Part shown: piece after piece, positions 31,390 through 41,802 of the stretch
Numbering within the stretch: position 1 is the first letter of the stretch
How the letters are laid out: every line of letters starts with the position of its first letter
Origin: Thiomicrorhabdus sp.
Lineage (GTDB): Bacteria > Pseudomonadota > Gammaproteobacteria > Thiomicrospirales > Thiomicrospiraceae
Direction: 5' to 3'
NCBI GenBank assembly: GCA_021648625.1
Contig: JAKISK010000001.1
Span: 1-58,264 of the forward strand
DNA length: 58,264 nt
The notes under the pieces: generated by a model
Told to the model about the DNA's origin: nothing
Databases searched by the model: none
Seen by the model: the letters and a program-made list of their open reading frames with translations, nothing else
Position numbers and translations under genes: made by a program

Positions 31390-33162
31390 TTACTTTTTCT
31401 TTTTAGGTGGCATCAAATCGGTAATGGTGCCTTCTGCCATCTCTGCGGCAAAGCAGAGCGTTTCGGATAGGGTTGGATGTGGGTGAATGGTTAAGCTAAT
31501 GTCTTGCATGTCCGCCCCCATTTCAATCGCCAGCATCGCTTCGGCAATCAATTCACCTGCGTTTGGCCCTACAATTCCACAACCTAGTAGACGGTGTGTT
31601 TTGGCGCAGAACATGGCTTTGGTTAGCCCTTCATCGCGTCCTAAACTTAGGCTACGACCGGATGCTGCCCATGGGAATGCGCCTTTTTCGTACTCGATGC
31701 CTTCGTCTTTAAGCTCTTGTTCGGTTTTACCCGCCCAAGCGACTTCTGGGTCGGTGTACGCCACCGACGGAATGCCCATTGGCGTAAAGGCACTTGGCAT
31801 GCCGTTAATCACTTCGGCCGCCACTTTGCCTTCATGCACGGCTTTGTGCGCTAACATCGGTTGCCCGACAAGATCACCAATGGCGTAAATATGATCAACA
31901 TTGGTTTTTTGACGTTCATCAACTTCAATAAAGCCCCAGTCATTGACCACTACACCCGCTTTTTCAGCGTCAATTAAATTGCCGTTGGGTGAACGCCCTA
32001 CGGCGACTAACACACGATCAAAGGTATCGGTTTCAGGGCAGTTTTTGCCTTCAAATGAGACCACTAGACCCGCATCGGTGGCTTCAACATTGGTGACTTT
32101 GGATTTAAGGTAAATATTTTCGTACTGTTTCTTAATCTTTTTCAACAACGGTTTAGTAATGTCTTTGTCGGCACCGGGAATAATGGTGTCACCCAGTTCG
32201 ACCACGGTAATATTAGAGCCAAATGAGTTATACACCTGCGCCATCTCAAGCCCAATAATCCCCCCCCCTATCACAAGAAGGCGTTTAGGAATTTCTTCCA
32301 AAGCCAATGCATCGGTGGAGTCCATCACTCTTGGATCATCGTGTGGAATAAATGGCAATTTCACCACACGAGAACCGGCGGCGATAATGGCGTTTTCAAA
32401 GGCAATGGTTTTTGTGCCACCATCTGTAAGTTCAACGGTAAGGGTATTGGCAGAGCTAAACTTGCCGTAACCATTCACAATATCGACGTTTCGTGCTTTG
32501 GCTAAACCGGCTAAACCACCCGTTAATTTATGAATGACGCCGTCTTTGTAAGCCCGAATTTTATCAATATCAATCTCGGGCTCTTGAAAGGTAATACCAT
32601 GTGCAGACATGCCGCGCGTTTCATCCAGCACGACAGACATGTGCAGTAATGCTTTGGACGGAATGCAACCAACATTTAAACAAACGCCCCCAATACTGCT
32701 GTAACGCTCGACCATCACCACTTTTTTGCCTAAATCGGAGGCTCTAAAAGCAGCGGTATACCCTCCAGGGCCTGACCCTAATACCAATACTTCACACTGA
32801 ATATCGGCATCGGGCAAGCTGGCGGATTCGATCGCCGTAGGGGCTGGTTGTTTAGCCTCTTCGGTTGGCTGTGCTGTTTGGTTAACTGACGCACTTACAT
32901 TTTTTGCAATGGTTTCGGCACTGGCGATTTCCATGGTGCCAATAATGGAGCCTTCCGCAAGTTTGTCACCCACTTCGGCTGAAAAAGAGACAATTTTTCC
33001 CGCAAAAGGCGCTGGAATTTCCATGGTGGCTTTATCGGACTCTAACGTCAATAAGGAGTCATCTTGTGCGACTTCTTCGCCTGCCGATATTAATACTTCA
33101 ATCACTTCAACTTCGGCAAAATCCCCAATATCAGGGACAACAATATCTACAATTTTGGTCAT
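31390..33162 (-). CDS. lpdA: Dihydrolipoamide dehydrogenase with N-terminal lipoyl domain
   Basis: LESDKA lipoyl motif, GSGPGG, GGVCLNVGCIPSK, HPHPTLSE. Confidence 0.97.
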   Translation of the reverse strand: MTKIVDIVVPDIGDFAEVEVIEVLISAGEEVAQDDSLLTLESDKATMEIPAPFAGKIVSFSAEVGDKLAEGSIIGTMEIASAETIAKNVSASVNQTAQPTEEAKQPAPTAIESASLPDADIQCEVLVLGSGPGGYTAAFRASDLGKKVVMVERYSSIGGVCLNVGCIPSKALLHMSVVLDETRGMSAHGITFQEPEIDIDKIRAYKDGVIHKLTGGLAGLAKARNVDIVNGYGKFSSANTLTVELTDGGTKTIAFENAIIAAGSRVVKLPFIPHDDPRVMDSTDALALEEIPKRLLVIGGGIIGLEMAQVYNSFGSNITVVELGDTIIPGADKDITKPLLKKIKKQYENIYLKSKVTNVEATDAGLVVSFEGKNCPETDTFDRVLVAVGRSPNGNLIDAEKAGVVVNDWGFIEVDERQKTNVDHIYAIGDLVGQPMLAHKAVHEGKVAAEVINGMPSAFTPMGIPSVAYTDPEVAWAGKTEQELKDEGIEYEKGAFPWAASGRSLSLGRDEGLTKAMFCAKTHRLLGCGIVGPNAGELIAEAMLAIEMGADMQDISLTIHPHPTLSETLCFAAEMAEGTITDLMPPKKKK

Positions 33163-33171
33163 ATCTACTTC

Positions 33172-34479
33172 CTACAAAATCAGCTGACGTAAATCAGATA
33201 AGTATTTACCCACTGTGGTGGTAAAACGAACGCCTTCCGCACCGTCTAATGCGCGGTGATCGTAAGAAACACTGAACGGCATAATTAAGCGAGGAATAAA
33301 TTCGGAACCGTTCCATACGGGTTGCATTTTTGCTTTAGACAACCCCATAATCGCGACTTCGGGTGCATTCACTATTGGGGTAAACTGAGTTCCACCAATG
33401 CCGCCTAAACTTGAAATAGTAAACGTACCGCCCGACATATCCGACGCAGACAACTTACCTTCTCGTGCTTTACCTGAAATTTCCATTAGGTCACGAGACA
33501 GTTCATAAATGCCTTTTTTATCGACGTCTTTCACCACGGGAACCATCAAGCCATTTGGCGTATCGACGGCAATACCAATGTTGTAATACTGTTTTTTAAT
33601 AATGGATTGACCATCTGGCGATAACGATGCATTGACGCTTGGGAAATCTTGCAATGCCTTCACTACGGCTTTCATTACAAACACCAACGGGGTCAGTTTG
33701 ATACCCTGTTTTTCGGCGATGGCTTTTTGGTCTTTACGGAACTGATCCATATCCGTAATGTCGCACTCATCAAACTGAGTGACGTGCGGTACATTTAACC
33801 AACTGGCGTGTAAGAACTTGCCCGAAATCTTTTTGATTCGACCCAGCGCTTCTGTGGTGGTGTCACCAAACTTGCTGAAATCAATGGTCGCAATCGGTGG
33901 AATACCCGCACCACTTGTTGCTCCCGAAGCTGCGCCACCCGATTGCATTACGGATTTAATTAACCCTTCCACATCCGTTTGCTGAACACGCCCTTTGGGA
34001 CCTGTTCCCGTAACCTGCGTTAATTCAACGCCTAATTTACGTGCAAAGGCACGTACCGATGGCGATGCGTGTGAAGTCGCCCCCATGCTTTGAGCGTTCA
34101 CAGGCTTATTGGCACTGGCAACGGGCGCTTGAGTGGCCGCTTTCGGAACCTCTGCAACGGGTGCTGTAGACGCTTGGGCGATAGGTGCTTCTTTCGCCGG
34201 CACGACACTTTCCTCTTTAGGCACGTCTTCCGATGCGCTGGCAGAAACGTCAATGTCAAACACCATGTCGCCTTCTGCCACATCGTCCCCCACTGAAACC
34301 GCTATCTTAGTAATGGTTCCGGCCACAGGCGAAGGAATTTCCATCGTTGCTTTATCCGACTCTAAGGTTAATAGAGAGTCATCAACTGCAACGACATCTC
34401 CAACGGAGACCAATACTTCAATGACTTCAACCGAGTCAAAATCACCAATATCTGGAATATTAATTTGCTGTATCGCCAT
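33172..34479 (-). CDS. aceF: Pyruvate dehydrogenase E2 acetyltransferase (one lipoyl domain)
   Basis: LESDKA, ASPSVRAFAR, TISSLGGIGG, YDHRALDG. Confidence 0.95.
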   Translation of the reverse strand: MAIQQINIPDIGDFDSVEVIEVLVSVGDVVAVDDSLLTLESDKATMEIPSPVAGTITKIAVSVGDDVAEGDMVFDIDVSASASEDVPKEESVVPAKEAPIAQASTAPVAEVPKAATQAPVASANKPVNAQSMGATSHASPSVRAFARKLGVELTQVTGTGPKGRVQQTDVEGLIKSVMQSGGAASGATSGAGIPPIATIDFSKFGDTTTEALGRIKKISGKFLHASWLNVPHVTQFDECDITDMDQFRKDQKAIAEKQGIKLTPLVFVMKAVVKALQDFPSVNASLSPDGQSIIKKQYYNIGIAVDTPNGLMVPVVKDVDKKGIYELSRDLMEISGKAREGKLSASDMSGGTFTISSLGGIGGTQFTPIVNAPEVAIMGLSKAKMQPVWNGSEFIPRLIMPFSVSYDHRALDGAEGVRFTTTVGKYLSDLRQLIL

Positions 34480-34579
34480 ACTGTTTTTTCCTAGAAGATT
34501 CTCCCCCTTCCTTATTGATTCGATAGAGGGGGGGGGGAGAAAATTTAAAATTATGTCACGAAAACTAAAAAACCACTAT

Positions 34580-34738
34580 GAGACCTTTGCTCGAGAGGGG
34601 CGCGAGAGGAAAAAGTGATAAAACTTACCTGATTGAGGCGGAAATCGCAGGGAATAGCCAGCTATTCGCAAGGTTTTCAACGAAAATCAGGTGAATTTTA
34701 GCCTTTTTCATCCGTGCATCCTTTCGTGCAAAGGTCTC
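34580..34738 (+). mobile_element. 159-bp MITE, copy 2
   Basis: GAGACCTTTGC...GCAAAGGTCTC; same length and internal sequence as copies 1 and 3. Confidence 0.9.
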
Positions 34739-34752
34739 TAAGTGGATATTTT

Positions 34753-35232
34753 TTAGTGTTGGTGTCCACCGGCTCCATGAGCGTGACCATGCTCAACTTC
34801 TTCTTCTGTGGCATCACGAACGTCCTTGACCTCCACTTCAAAGGTTAGCTCTAATCCAGCCATCGGGTGATTGCCATCAACGGTTACTTGATCACCTTCC
34901 ATTGCGGTAATTTCAACCGAGTGCATTCCTTGTTCCGATTGGGCTTCAAAACGCATGCCCACTTCTAAATTATCGACTCCTTGAAACATGTCCGCTGGAA
35001 CGGTTTGAATAAGAGCCTCTACGCGTTCGCCATAGGCTTCTCCAGCAGGAACGGTGATCTTAAATTTATCGCCTGTTGTTTTGCCTTCAAGCTCTTTTTC
35101 TAAACCAGGAATTAAGTTACTGTGTCCGTGTAGGTAAGCCAAAGGGTTGCCATCGGACGCATCCATCACTTCGCCTTTTGCATCCGTTAAGGTGTATTCA
35201 ATTTGTGCGACTTTATTTTTTTCGATATTCAT
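34753..35232 (-). CDS. slyD: FKBP-type peptidyl-prolyl isomerase SlyD
   Basis: YLHGH.NLIPGLE, AYGE, VDGNHPMAG, His-rich tail. Confidence 0.95.
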   Translation of the reverse strand: MNIEKNKVAQIEYTLTDAKGEVMDASDGNPLAYLHGHSNLIPGLEKELEGKTTGDKFKITVPAGEAYGERVEALIQTVPADMFQGVDNLEVGMRFEAQSEQGMHSVEITAMEGDQVTVDGNHPMAGLELTFEVEVKDVRDATEEEVEHGHAHGAGGHQH

Positions 35233-35355
35233 CTCTTTAAATTCCTTATTAATCCTTATTAAAAAAGGGGGTTAATTACGCTTAATTTAATTGCGATTAG
35301 GAGTATGATACAGGCAAATTATTTTTTACAATTACTTTTTTAAGAGGAAAATTTT

Positions 35356-35772
35356 ATGTTGTGGCTTAAAACCTTTCATATTTTATTCATGATGTCTTGG
35401 ATGGCAGGTCTATTTTACCTTCCTAGAATTTTTGTACACTTTGTCGAGGGCAAAGAAGCAGGACAAAATGTAGATCGTTTGGCAATTATGGCCAAACGTC
35501 TCTATACCTTCATGACCATTATGATGATGCTGGCAGTGGGTTCTGGCTTAGCACTGTGGTTAATTTATTTTCAAAATGCAACGGCATGGGTACACGCCAA
35601 GCTATTAGTGGTCGTGTTGTTAGTGGTGTATCACCTATGGACAAAACGTCGTATGAAAGAGATGCAAGAGGGACATTTAGATCACAGTGGTGTCTATTAT
35701 CGCTGGGCGAATGAAATTCCGTTGTTCTTGGTGTTTATTATTTTAGTATTGGTCGTCGTTAAACCGTTTTAA
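35356..35772 (+). CDS. hemJ: HemJ/CopD-family membrane protein (protoporphyrinogen oxidase-like)
   Basis: WLKTFHI..WMAGLFYLPR, HAKL, RWANEIP, VVKPF. Confidence 0.85.
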   Translation: MLWLKTFHILFMMSWMAGLFYLPRIFVHFVEGKEAGQNVDRLAIMAKRLYTFMTIMMMLAVGSGLALWLIYFQNATAWVHAKLLVVVLLVVYHLWTKRRMKEMQEGHLDHSGVYYRWANEIPLFLVFIILVLVVVKPF

Positions 35773-35796
35773 GCGACTTATACCCAAACTACTTGG

Positions 35797-35834
35797 AAAC
35801 CCAGCTTTTTAAACACGGAAAGCTGGGTTTTTTT
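35797..35834 (+). terminator. Intrinsic terminator after hemJ
   Basis: AAACCCAGCTTT...AAAGCTGGGTTTTTTT. Confidence 0.8.
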
Positions 35835-35905
35835 ATGCCTCAAATTTAATAACAGATAGCAATATAGGCTAAAATAGCCGAATATTTGAACAATGAGAGA
35901 GAGCT

Positions 35906-37294
35906 ATGTCTAAGCAACAACCAACCATTGGTGTCATCAGTTTAGGGTGTCCTAAAGCAACGGTGGATACCGAACGAATTTTGACGCAGTTGCGTACGGA
36001 AGGCTACCATTTAACCAATAGCTATGAAGATGCCGATGCCGTTATTGTAAACACGTGCGGCTTTATTGACAGCGCGGTACAAGAGTCGTTAGACACCATT
36101 GGTGAAGCCTTAGAAGAGAATGGCAAAGTCATTGTAACAGGCTGCTTGGGTGCTAGAGAGGAACAAATTACCAAAGTACATCCTAAAGTATTAGCCGTGT
36201 CAGGACCTGCGGCATACGAGGAAGTGGTGTCCGCGATTCATGATGTCATAGCACCGCCAGAACACAATCCTTTTACCGATTTGGTTCCACCTCAAGGGAT
36301 TAAGTTAACCCCAAAACATTATGCCTATCTAAAAATTTCAGAAGGGTGCAATCACCGTTGTACCTTCTGCATTATTCCCTCCATGCGGGGTGACTTAGTG
36401 AGCCGTCCTGTGGCTGAAGTGATCGAGGAAGCGAAACGCTTAAAAGAGGCGGGGGTTAAAGAGTTGTTGGTGGTATCTCAAGATACCGCGGCTTATGGCG
36501 TGGATGTAAAATATAAAACGGACTTTGCAGAAGGCCGCCCCACCAAAACCTCTATGTTGGGTCTGTCAGAAGCATTGGGAGAGTTAAATAAAGCAGGGGG
36601 GGGAGAATTTTGGATTCGTTTGCATTACGTCTACCCGTACCCTAATGTTGAAGAGGTCATTCCATTAATGGCTGAAGGTAAAATATTGCCTTATTTGGAC
36701 ATGCCATTACAGCATGCAAATGCACGGGTGCTCAAAGCAATGAAACGTCCCGGTAATGTTGAAAAAACCTTAGAGCGCATTAATAAGTGGCGCAAAGCGG
36801 TGCCTAACTTAACCATTCGTTCAACTTTTATTGTCGGCTTTCCGGGTGAAACCGAAGCGGAGTTTCAAGAGCTATTGGACTTTTTACAAGCGGCACAGTT
36901 GGATCGTGTCGGCTGTTTTCAATACTCACCTGTTGAAGGCGCCACGGCCAATGAAATTGCAGAGCAAGTGCCTGATGAGGTGAAGCAAGACCGTTTTGAT
37001 CGCTTTATGCAAACTCAGCAAGCGATTAGCTTAGCCAAAATGCAGGCCAAAATAGGTCAAGTAATGCAGGTGTTAGTGGACGAAGTGGTTGAGGAGGGTG
37101 CGGTAGCACGCTCAATGGCCGATGCCCCTGAAATTGATGGCCAAGTCTTTATTGATGGGGCAACGCACTTAGAAGCAGGGCAGTTTGTGACGGTTGAGAT
37201 TGTCGCGGCAGATGAATATGATTTGTGGGCAAACTTGTTAGAGAGCAAGCCATCACCATCACAAGCTTCTGAAGCCTATAAGGAATTAAATTAG
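35906..37294 (+). CDS. rimO: Ribosomal protein S12 methylthiotransferase
   Basis: [20 protein letters not shown] radical SAM motif, DAPEIDG TRAM domain. Confidence 0.97.
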   Translation: MSKQQPTIGVISLGCPKATVDTERILTQLRTEGYHLTNSYEDADAVIVNTCGFIDSAVQESLDTIGEALEENGKVIVTGCLGAREEQITKVHPKVLAVSGPAAYEEVVSAIHDVIAPPEHNPFTDLVPPQGIKLTPKHYAYLKISEGCNHRCTFCIIPSMRGDLVSRPVAEVIEEAKRLKEAGVKELLVVSQDTAAYGVDVKYKTDFAEGRPTKTSMLGLSEALGELNKAGGGEFWIRLHYVYPYPNVEEVIPLMAEGKILPYLDMPLQHANARVLKAMKRPGNVEKTLERINKWRKAVPNLTIRSTFIVGFPGETEAEFQELLDFLQAAQLDRVGCFQYSPVEGATANEIAEQVPDEVKQDRFDRFMQTQQAISLAKMQAKIGQVMQVLVDEVVEEGAVARSMADAPEIDGQVFIDGATHLEAGQFVTVEIVAADEYDLWANLLESKPSPSQASEAYKELN

Positions 37295-37366
37295 GAATTA
37301 AATTAAGCACTGCACCCTCAATTATGAGGGATCATTTTAAGTCGTAGGAGAAAATGCTTTTACTTG

Positions 37367-37525
37367 GAGACCTTTGCACGAAAGGGGCGCGAGAGAAAAA
37401 AGTGATAAAATTTGACTGATTGAGGCGGAAACAGTAGGGAATAGCCAGCTATTCGCAAGGTTTTCAACGAAAATCAGGTATATTTTAGCCTTTTTTATCC
37501 GTGCATCCTTTTGTGCAAAGGTCTC
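37367..37525 (+). mobile_element. 159-bp MITE, copy 3, with 5-bp direct repeat ACTTG
   Basis: TIRs as in copies 1 and 2; ACTTG at 37362-37366 and 37526-37530; supplies the last codons and stop of the GGDEF gene. Confidence 0.9.
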
Positions 37526-38703
37526 ACTTGGTTTTTTCCCGCTTGTTTGGCTGCATAAAGTGCTTGATCGGCTTGATCGATGAGCTGTTCAGCGGTCATA
37601 CCCTTTTGTAATTGCGCTACACCAAAGCTACAGGTAATGTGCACCGCACTCTCTGAAAACGCACTGTTTTCAATACGAACCCTTACCTTTTCACAAAACA
37701 GACTGGCGGACTCAAGGGTTTCATGTGGTAAAACAATTAAAAATTCTTCCCCCCCCCAGCGGCCAAACTCATCTGTGGCACGAATAATGGGTTTTATCTC
37801 CTGTACCATTTCAGAGAGTACGCTGTCGCCAATAAGGTGACCATACTGATCATTAATGCCTTTAAAGTTATCAATATCAAATAGTGTTAAGGAGAGTGGT
37901 GTCTCATAGCGTTCTGCATTTTTAATGGCTTTAGAGAGCGCGGTATTAATATTACGTCGGTTGGATATTTTAGTGAGTTCATCAATGGTTGACAGCGTTT
38001 GCAGCTCATCCAGTACTTGTTTGGCCTGTTGTCTGGCCTTGAGTAGAGATATTTCATTAATGTAAATGATAAACGTTAAGATGAATAGCGCGGCGGTGAG
38101 ACGAATAAAGCCCAGTTCACTCCAGAGGCCTTCTTGCCACTGGCCAATGCCGTTATAGGCGAGTGTCAGTAATACGGCTAAAAATACCAGCGCGTAACGT
38201 AATCCTATTTTTGGACCGTTAATGACCAATGCAAAAACAGGAAAGAAAAATACCCAAATTAAACTGAAGTTTTCATTTTGATTTAAATCGACAAACAGCA
38301 GTAAAAAGACCGCAAAGGCCAAGGTTGCAAACTGCGCTATTTTATCGGTATTGCCACGACTTGGGTTACGATTAAGCGACATAATGGCATACAACGCCAC
38401 CAAGCCGGTAAACAGCTCAAGAATAAAAGCACTGTTGCTAATACTCTGATAAACAAAGGCATGTAAGGTGCTAAAGAAAAAGAGCATGATAAACGTAATG
38501 TAAAGGCACGTTTTAAGCAAAATACGTTTGCGTTTATAGGCTAAATTTTCTAGCCCCTCTATGCTAATACAGGTATTTGGCTGGTTGGCACACAATAAGG
38601 TTTGATAAATTCTTTTTAAAAAGCGGCTCAAAAGAAGACTCCTTGTTAGAAGGTACGCGGGTATTTTTTTTGGGGGGGAAGTGGTGAAATTTAAAAATGC
38701 CAT
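37495..38703 (-). CDS. Membrane-bound diguanylate cyclase
   Basis: Multiple TM helices, DELT..NRR, DIDNFK.IND.YGH..GD, RATD I-site, GGEEF; start uncertain. Confidence 0.92.
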   Translation of the reverse strand: MAFLNFTTSPPKKIPAYLLTRSLLLSRFLKRIYQTLLCANQPNTCISIEGLENLAYKRKRILLKTCLYITFIMLFFFSTLHAFVYQSISNSAFILELFTGLVALYAIMSLNRNPSRGNTDKIAQFATLAFAVFLLLFVDLNQNENFSLIWVFFFPVFALVINGPKIGLRYALVFLAVLLTLAYNGIGQWQEGLWSELGFIRLTAALFILTFIIYINEISLLKARQQAKQVLDELQTLSTIDELTKISNRRNINTALSKAIKNAERYETPLSLTLFDIDNFKGINDQYGHLIGDSVLSEMVQEIKPIIRATDEFGRWGGEEFLIVLPHETLESASLFCEKVRVRIENSAFSESAVHITCSFGVAQLQKGMTAEQLIDQADQALYAAKQAGKNQVRPLHKRMHG

Positions 38704-38801
38704 AATATCATGGTTTTGGTGTGTTAATTAAAAATGGTAAGTATTTTTAATGTGTTGTAACATAAGGTTTGCTTAAAACTTGAGCTATATCATCAGTTTT
38801 T

Positions 38802-39281
38802 TTAACAAACGGCATCTCGCGCCAACTGATCCGCTAAGGTGTTTCCTAAATTACCATTATGGCCTTTTACCCAGCACCATGTTACTTGATATTGTTGCGT
38901 GAGTGCGTCTAGGGATTCCCATAAAGATTGGTATTTAACAGGGTTGCCAGATTTATGAATCCAGTTTTTTTGACGCCAATGTTGAATTTTTTGATTCAGC
39001 CCTTCCAGTAAAACACGAGAGTCGGTAAAAAGGGTGATGTGATAGCCTAGTGCGATTTTATCTGTTGAAATATCAAGTTGTTTTTTAAGTAATTTCAAGG
39101 CATTGTCTGCTGCAATTAATTCCATTTCTAAACTGCACGTATTGAGTTTATGACCTGATATTCTTGAAACTTCATGCAAAGAAGGGGTGGCTTTAAATAG
39201 AACCGCGCCCCAGCCTCCAATTTTATTTTTTTCAAAATAACTGCCATCGCTGTAGAGGTGAATGAGAATAGGGGTACTCAT
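38802..39281 (-). CDS. rnhA: Ribonuclease HI
   Basis: YSDGS, GGWG, MEL.AA, TDS, WVKGH.G..GN..AD.LA. Confidence 0.88.
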   Translation of the reverse strand: MSTPILIHLYSDGSYFEKNKIGGWGAVLFKATPSLHEVSRISGHKLNTCSLEMELIAADNALKLLKKQLDISTDKIALGYHITLFTDSRVLLEGLNQKIQHWRQKNWIHKSGNPVKYQSLWESLDALTQQYQVTWCWVKGHNGNLGNTLADQLARDAVC

Positions 39282-39712
39282 TTAAGCAGTAAGTTCTTTA
39301 GGTTTTGCAGATAAACTTGCTCATCTGGTTCTATTTGGTTTTGTTGTGCGCTCCATAACGACTCTGCTAAACACTCTATCATCGCGTGTTCGGTTTTGTG
39401 TACATCGCCAAGTTTTTCACCCAATTGCTGGTAAACCTGCTGTATTCCCACGGGGCGATCCATCGACACTTGTTCTTGTAAGCCTAGGTGCATTCCCATG
39501 TGTAAGAAAGGGTTGGTTTCCCCGTCTTCGGGTTTGTATTCGTTGCCGAGGTGTTTTCCATTGTTTAACATCTCATGGTATTCAGGATGTTGTTCAACCA
39601 CGCGGGCGATCATGGTTTCCATCGGATCCATCGGCAAGCCAAAACGGGCTTTTTGCCAAGTATCGACATAAAATTGTCTGAGTTTGTCTCGTTCAGAAGT
39701 ATATAGCATCAT
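39278..39712 (-). CDS. DUF1841 family protein
   Basis: HPEYH, GETNPFLHMGMHL..QEQ..DRP. Confidence 0.88.
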   Translation of the reverse strand: MMLYTSERDKLRQFYVDTWQKARFGLPMDPMETMIARVVEQHPEYHEMLNNGKHLGNEYKPEDGETNPFLHMGMHLGLQEQVSMDRPVGIQQVYQQLGEKLGDVHKTEHAMIECLAESLWSAQQNQIEPDEQVYLQNLKNLLLK

Positions 39713-39717
39713 CGTTT

Positions 39718-40353
39718 TTACTCTGTAATTTTGTCTTTATATTCGCATAAATCATAAATACAGCAGGCACCGCATCGTGGTTTACGTGCCACGCAGGTGT
39801 AGCGTCCGTGCAATATGAGCAGATGGTGTGCGGGAATAATGTACTGTTTTGGAATCCCTTTGAGTAACTTTTTTTCAACCTCTAACACATTCTTTCCCAC
39901 CGCCAGCTTGGTTCGATTGGATACTCGAAAGATGTGGGTGTCTACGGCCATCGTGGGTTGGCCATAAGCCGTGTTTAACACCACATTGGCCGTTTTACGT
40001 CCAACGCCGGGTAGGGCTTCTAGCGCCTCCCGCGTATCGGGAACCGTTGAATTATGCAACTCAACTAACATTTTACAGGTTTTAATAATGTTGGCGGCTT
40101 TGGTGTTAAACAGGCCAATGGTCTTGATGTAGGTTTTTAGTCCCTCTTCGCCTAGAGCGTAAATGGCTTCTGGCGTATTGGCGACTGGAAAGAGCTTATT
40201 CGTGGCGATGTTGACCCCTTTATCCGTCGCTTGTGCCGATAAAATCACCGCAATCAATAACTCAAAGGGATTACTGTAATTCAGCTCGGTTTCGGGGTTG
40301 GGAATGGCTTCACTGAGCCGCTCAAAGATAGCAAGGCGTTTTTGATTATTCAT
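39718..40353 (-). CDS. nth: Endonuclease III
   Basis: LSAQATD, LPGVGRKTA, VDTH, C-x6-C-x2-C-x5-C cluster motif. Confidence 0.97.
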   Translation of the reverse strand: MNNQKRLAIFERLSEAIPNPETELNYSNPFELLIAVILSAQATDKGVNIATNKLFPVANTPEAIYALGEEGLKTYIKTIGLFNTKAANIIKTCKMLVELHNSTVPDTREALEALPGVGRKTANVVLNTAYGQPTMAVDTHIFRVSNRTKLAVGKNVLEVEKKLLKGIPKQYIIPAHHLLILHGRYTCVARKPRCGACCIYDLCEYKDKITE

Positions 40354-41108
40354 AGCGTTTTGTTGGTTGCTTCTGTTTTTTGAGTAACTTGAATCGGAAT
40401 GCCTAAGTCTTTAGGGGATTTGTTTTTCTTTTTTGCATCCACGGCATTTTTAAGTGCAATCATCAGCCCCAGTCCAATAAAGGCTCCGGGTGGTAATATC
40501 GCCAATAACACCCCTTGATAGTCATCGCTAAAGTGAATTGTCCAGTTGAGCGCCATATCGCCAAATAGCATGTGAATATGGTCAAATAAGGTACCGTTAC
40601 CAATGATTTCGCGCATGGCGCCCAGTAATACCAGTACCACCATAAACCCCAGCCCCATAAAAAAGCCATCGACCAACGCTTTATCTAACGTATTTTTAGA
40701 GGCGTAGGCTTCTGCACGGCCTAAAATGGCGCAGTTGGTGACGATCAGGGGGATAAATATGCCTAAAATACCATGCAAGGTATGAAGGTAAGCGTTCATT
40801 AACAGGTCGATCATGGTCACGGCGGTGGCAATGATGGCAACAAATACGGGGATGCGAATGTCACTGGATACGTGGTTTCGAATTAATGAGATCAGGCCGT
40901 TTGAAATCAACAGCACCGCTAAGGTCGCCAGCCCTAAAGATAAGCCATTAACCACATTATTTGAGACCGCAAGCAACGGACAAAGCCCCAGTAAGGCCAC
41001 TAACGCTTGGTTGTTTTTCCAGAGGCCGTTGTCCATTATTTTTTGGTATTCTTGCCAGCGCGAAGGCGTGCTATCCGGTAAATCGGTGGTATCTGTTGCA
41101 TTACTCAT
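40350..41108 (-). CDS. rnfE: Rnf complex subunit E
   Basis: LGLCPLLAV, IPLIVTNC, LPPGAF; start MSNATD at 41108. Confidence 0.95.
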   Translation of the reverse strand: MSNATDTTDLPDSTPSRWQEYQKIMDNGLWKNNQALVALLGLCPLLAVSNNVVNGLSLGLATLAVLLISNGLISLIRNHVSSDIRIPVFVAIIATAVTMIDLLMNAYLHTLHGILGIFIPLIVTNCAILGRAEAYASKNTLDKALVDGFFMGLGFMVVLVLLGAMREIIGNGTLFDHIHMLFGDMALNWTIHFSDDYQGVLLAILPPGAFIGLGLMIALKNAVDAKKKNKSPKDLGIPIQVTQKTEATNKTL

Positions 41109-41787
41109 ACAGAGACTCTCCTCGCTGATGAACAAATAATAGGGCATTTTTAACGGCCGATATGACGGCTCTTGGGGTGATGGTTGCCCCTGTAAATTGG
41201 TCAAATTCACCGCCGTCTTTTTTAACCGCCCAGCGAGGATCGTTGGCAATCACTTGCTGGTTGGTTGTATTCGTATGGAGTGTGCGACCATTAAAACTTA
41301 AAATCCAATCGTCTTTTCGTTCTTCGATTTTATCACCTAATCCAGGGGTTTCGCGATGGTCTAATACCCGCACGCCGGATACGCTACCGTCGGGCAATAC
41401 ACCCATTAATAACGTGATGTGACTGCTATACCCATTTCGAGCTACCACCTGAAAAATGACCCCTGCGGGTTGATTGTTTTGTCGGGCACGGTAAATCGTA
41501 ACAGGGTTTTTGCTGCCCAGCAGTGCAAGTGATTTTTCGTCGGTAATGTCCAGCGTATCTTCCAGTGGCGTGTTGTTATAAAGAGAGGGCGGCAATACTT
41601 TATTAAAGGTGTTCAGCATCGCTTCACGCTGTTCGTGTGCAATTTGTGGAGCGGTTAGCTTGTATATCGTTAACAATAAAACAATGCAGACAAACATAAA
41701 CAGACTTAACTTATAGGCCGAGTTAAACATCTGTTTAAACAAGGGGTTATCGGTCTTTGTTTGAGGTGAGTTTAAGCTATTTTTCAT
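41101..41787 (-). CDS. rnfG: Rnf complex subunit G
   Basis: HRETPGLGDKI, DQFTGATIT FMN site. Confidence 0.95.
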   Translation of the reverse strand: MKNSLNSPQTKTDNPLFKQMFNSAYKLSLFMFVCIVLLLTIYKLTAPQIAHEQREAMLNTFNKVLPPSLYNNTPLEDTLDITDEKSLALLGSKNPVTIYRARQNNQPAGVIFQVVARNGYSSHITLLMGVLPDGSVSGVRVLDHRETPGLGDKIEERKDDWILSFNGRTLHTNTTNQQVIANDPRWAVKKDGGEFDQFTGATITPRAVISAVKNALLFVHQRGESLYE

Positions 41788-41802
41788 TTTTTATCCCCCC
41801 CC

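Noticed and set aside
32900-33162. Lipoyl domain fused to LpdA
   Set aside because: Known architecture in several proteobacteria
35779-35796. TATACCCAAACTACTTGG resembling an ERIC/IRU left end
   Set aside because: Only 18 bp with no body or right end; cannot be supported as an element
37280-37305. Tandem AGGAATTAAATT duplication at the rimO stop (similar micro-duplications at 5500-5527 and 35243-35262)
   Set aside because: Two-copy local slippage events, not arrays
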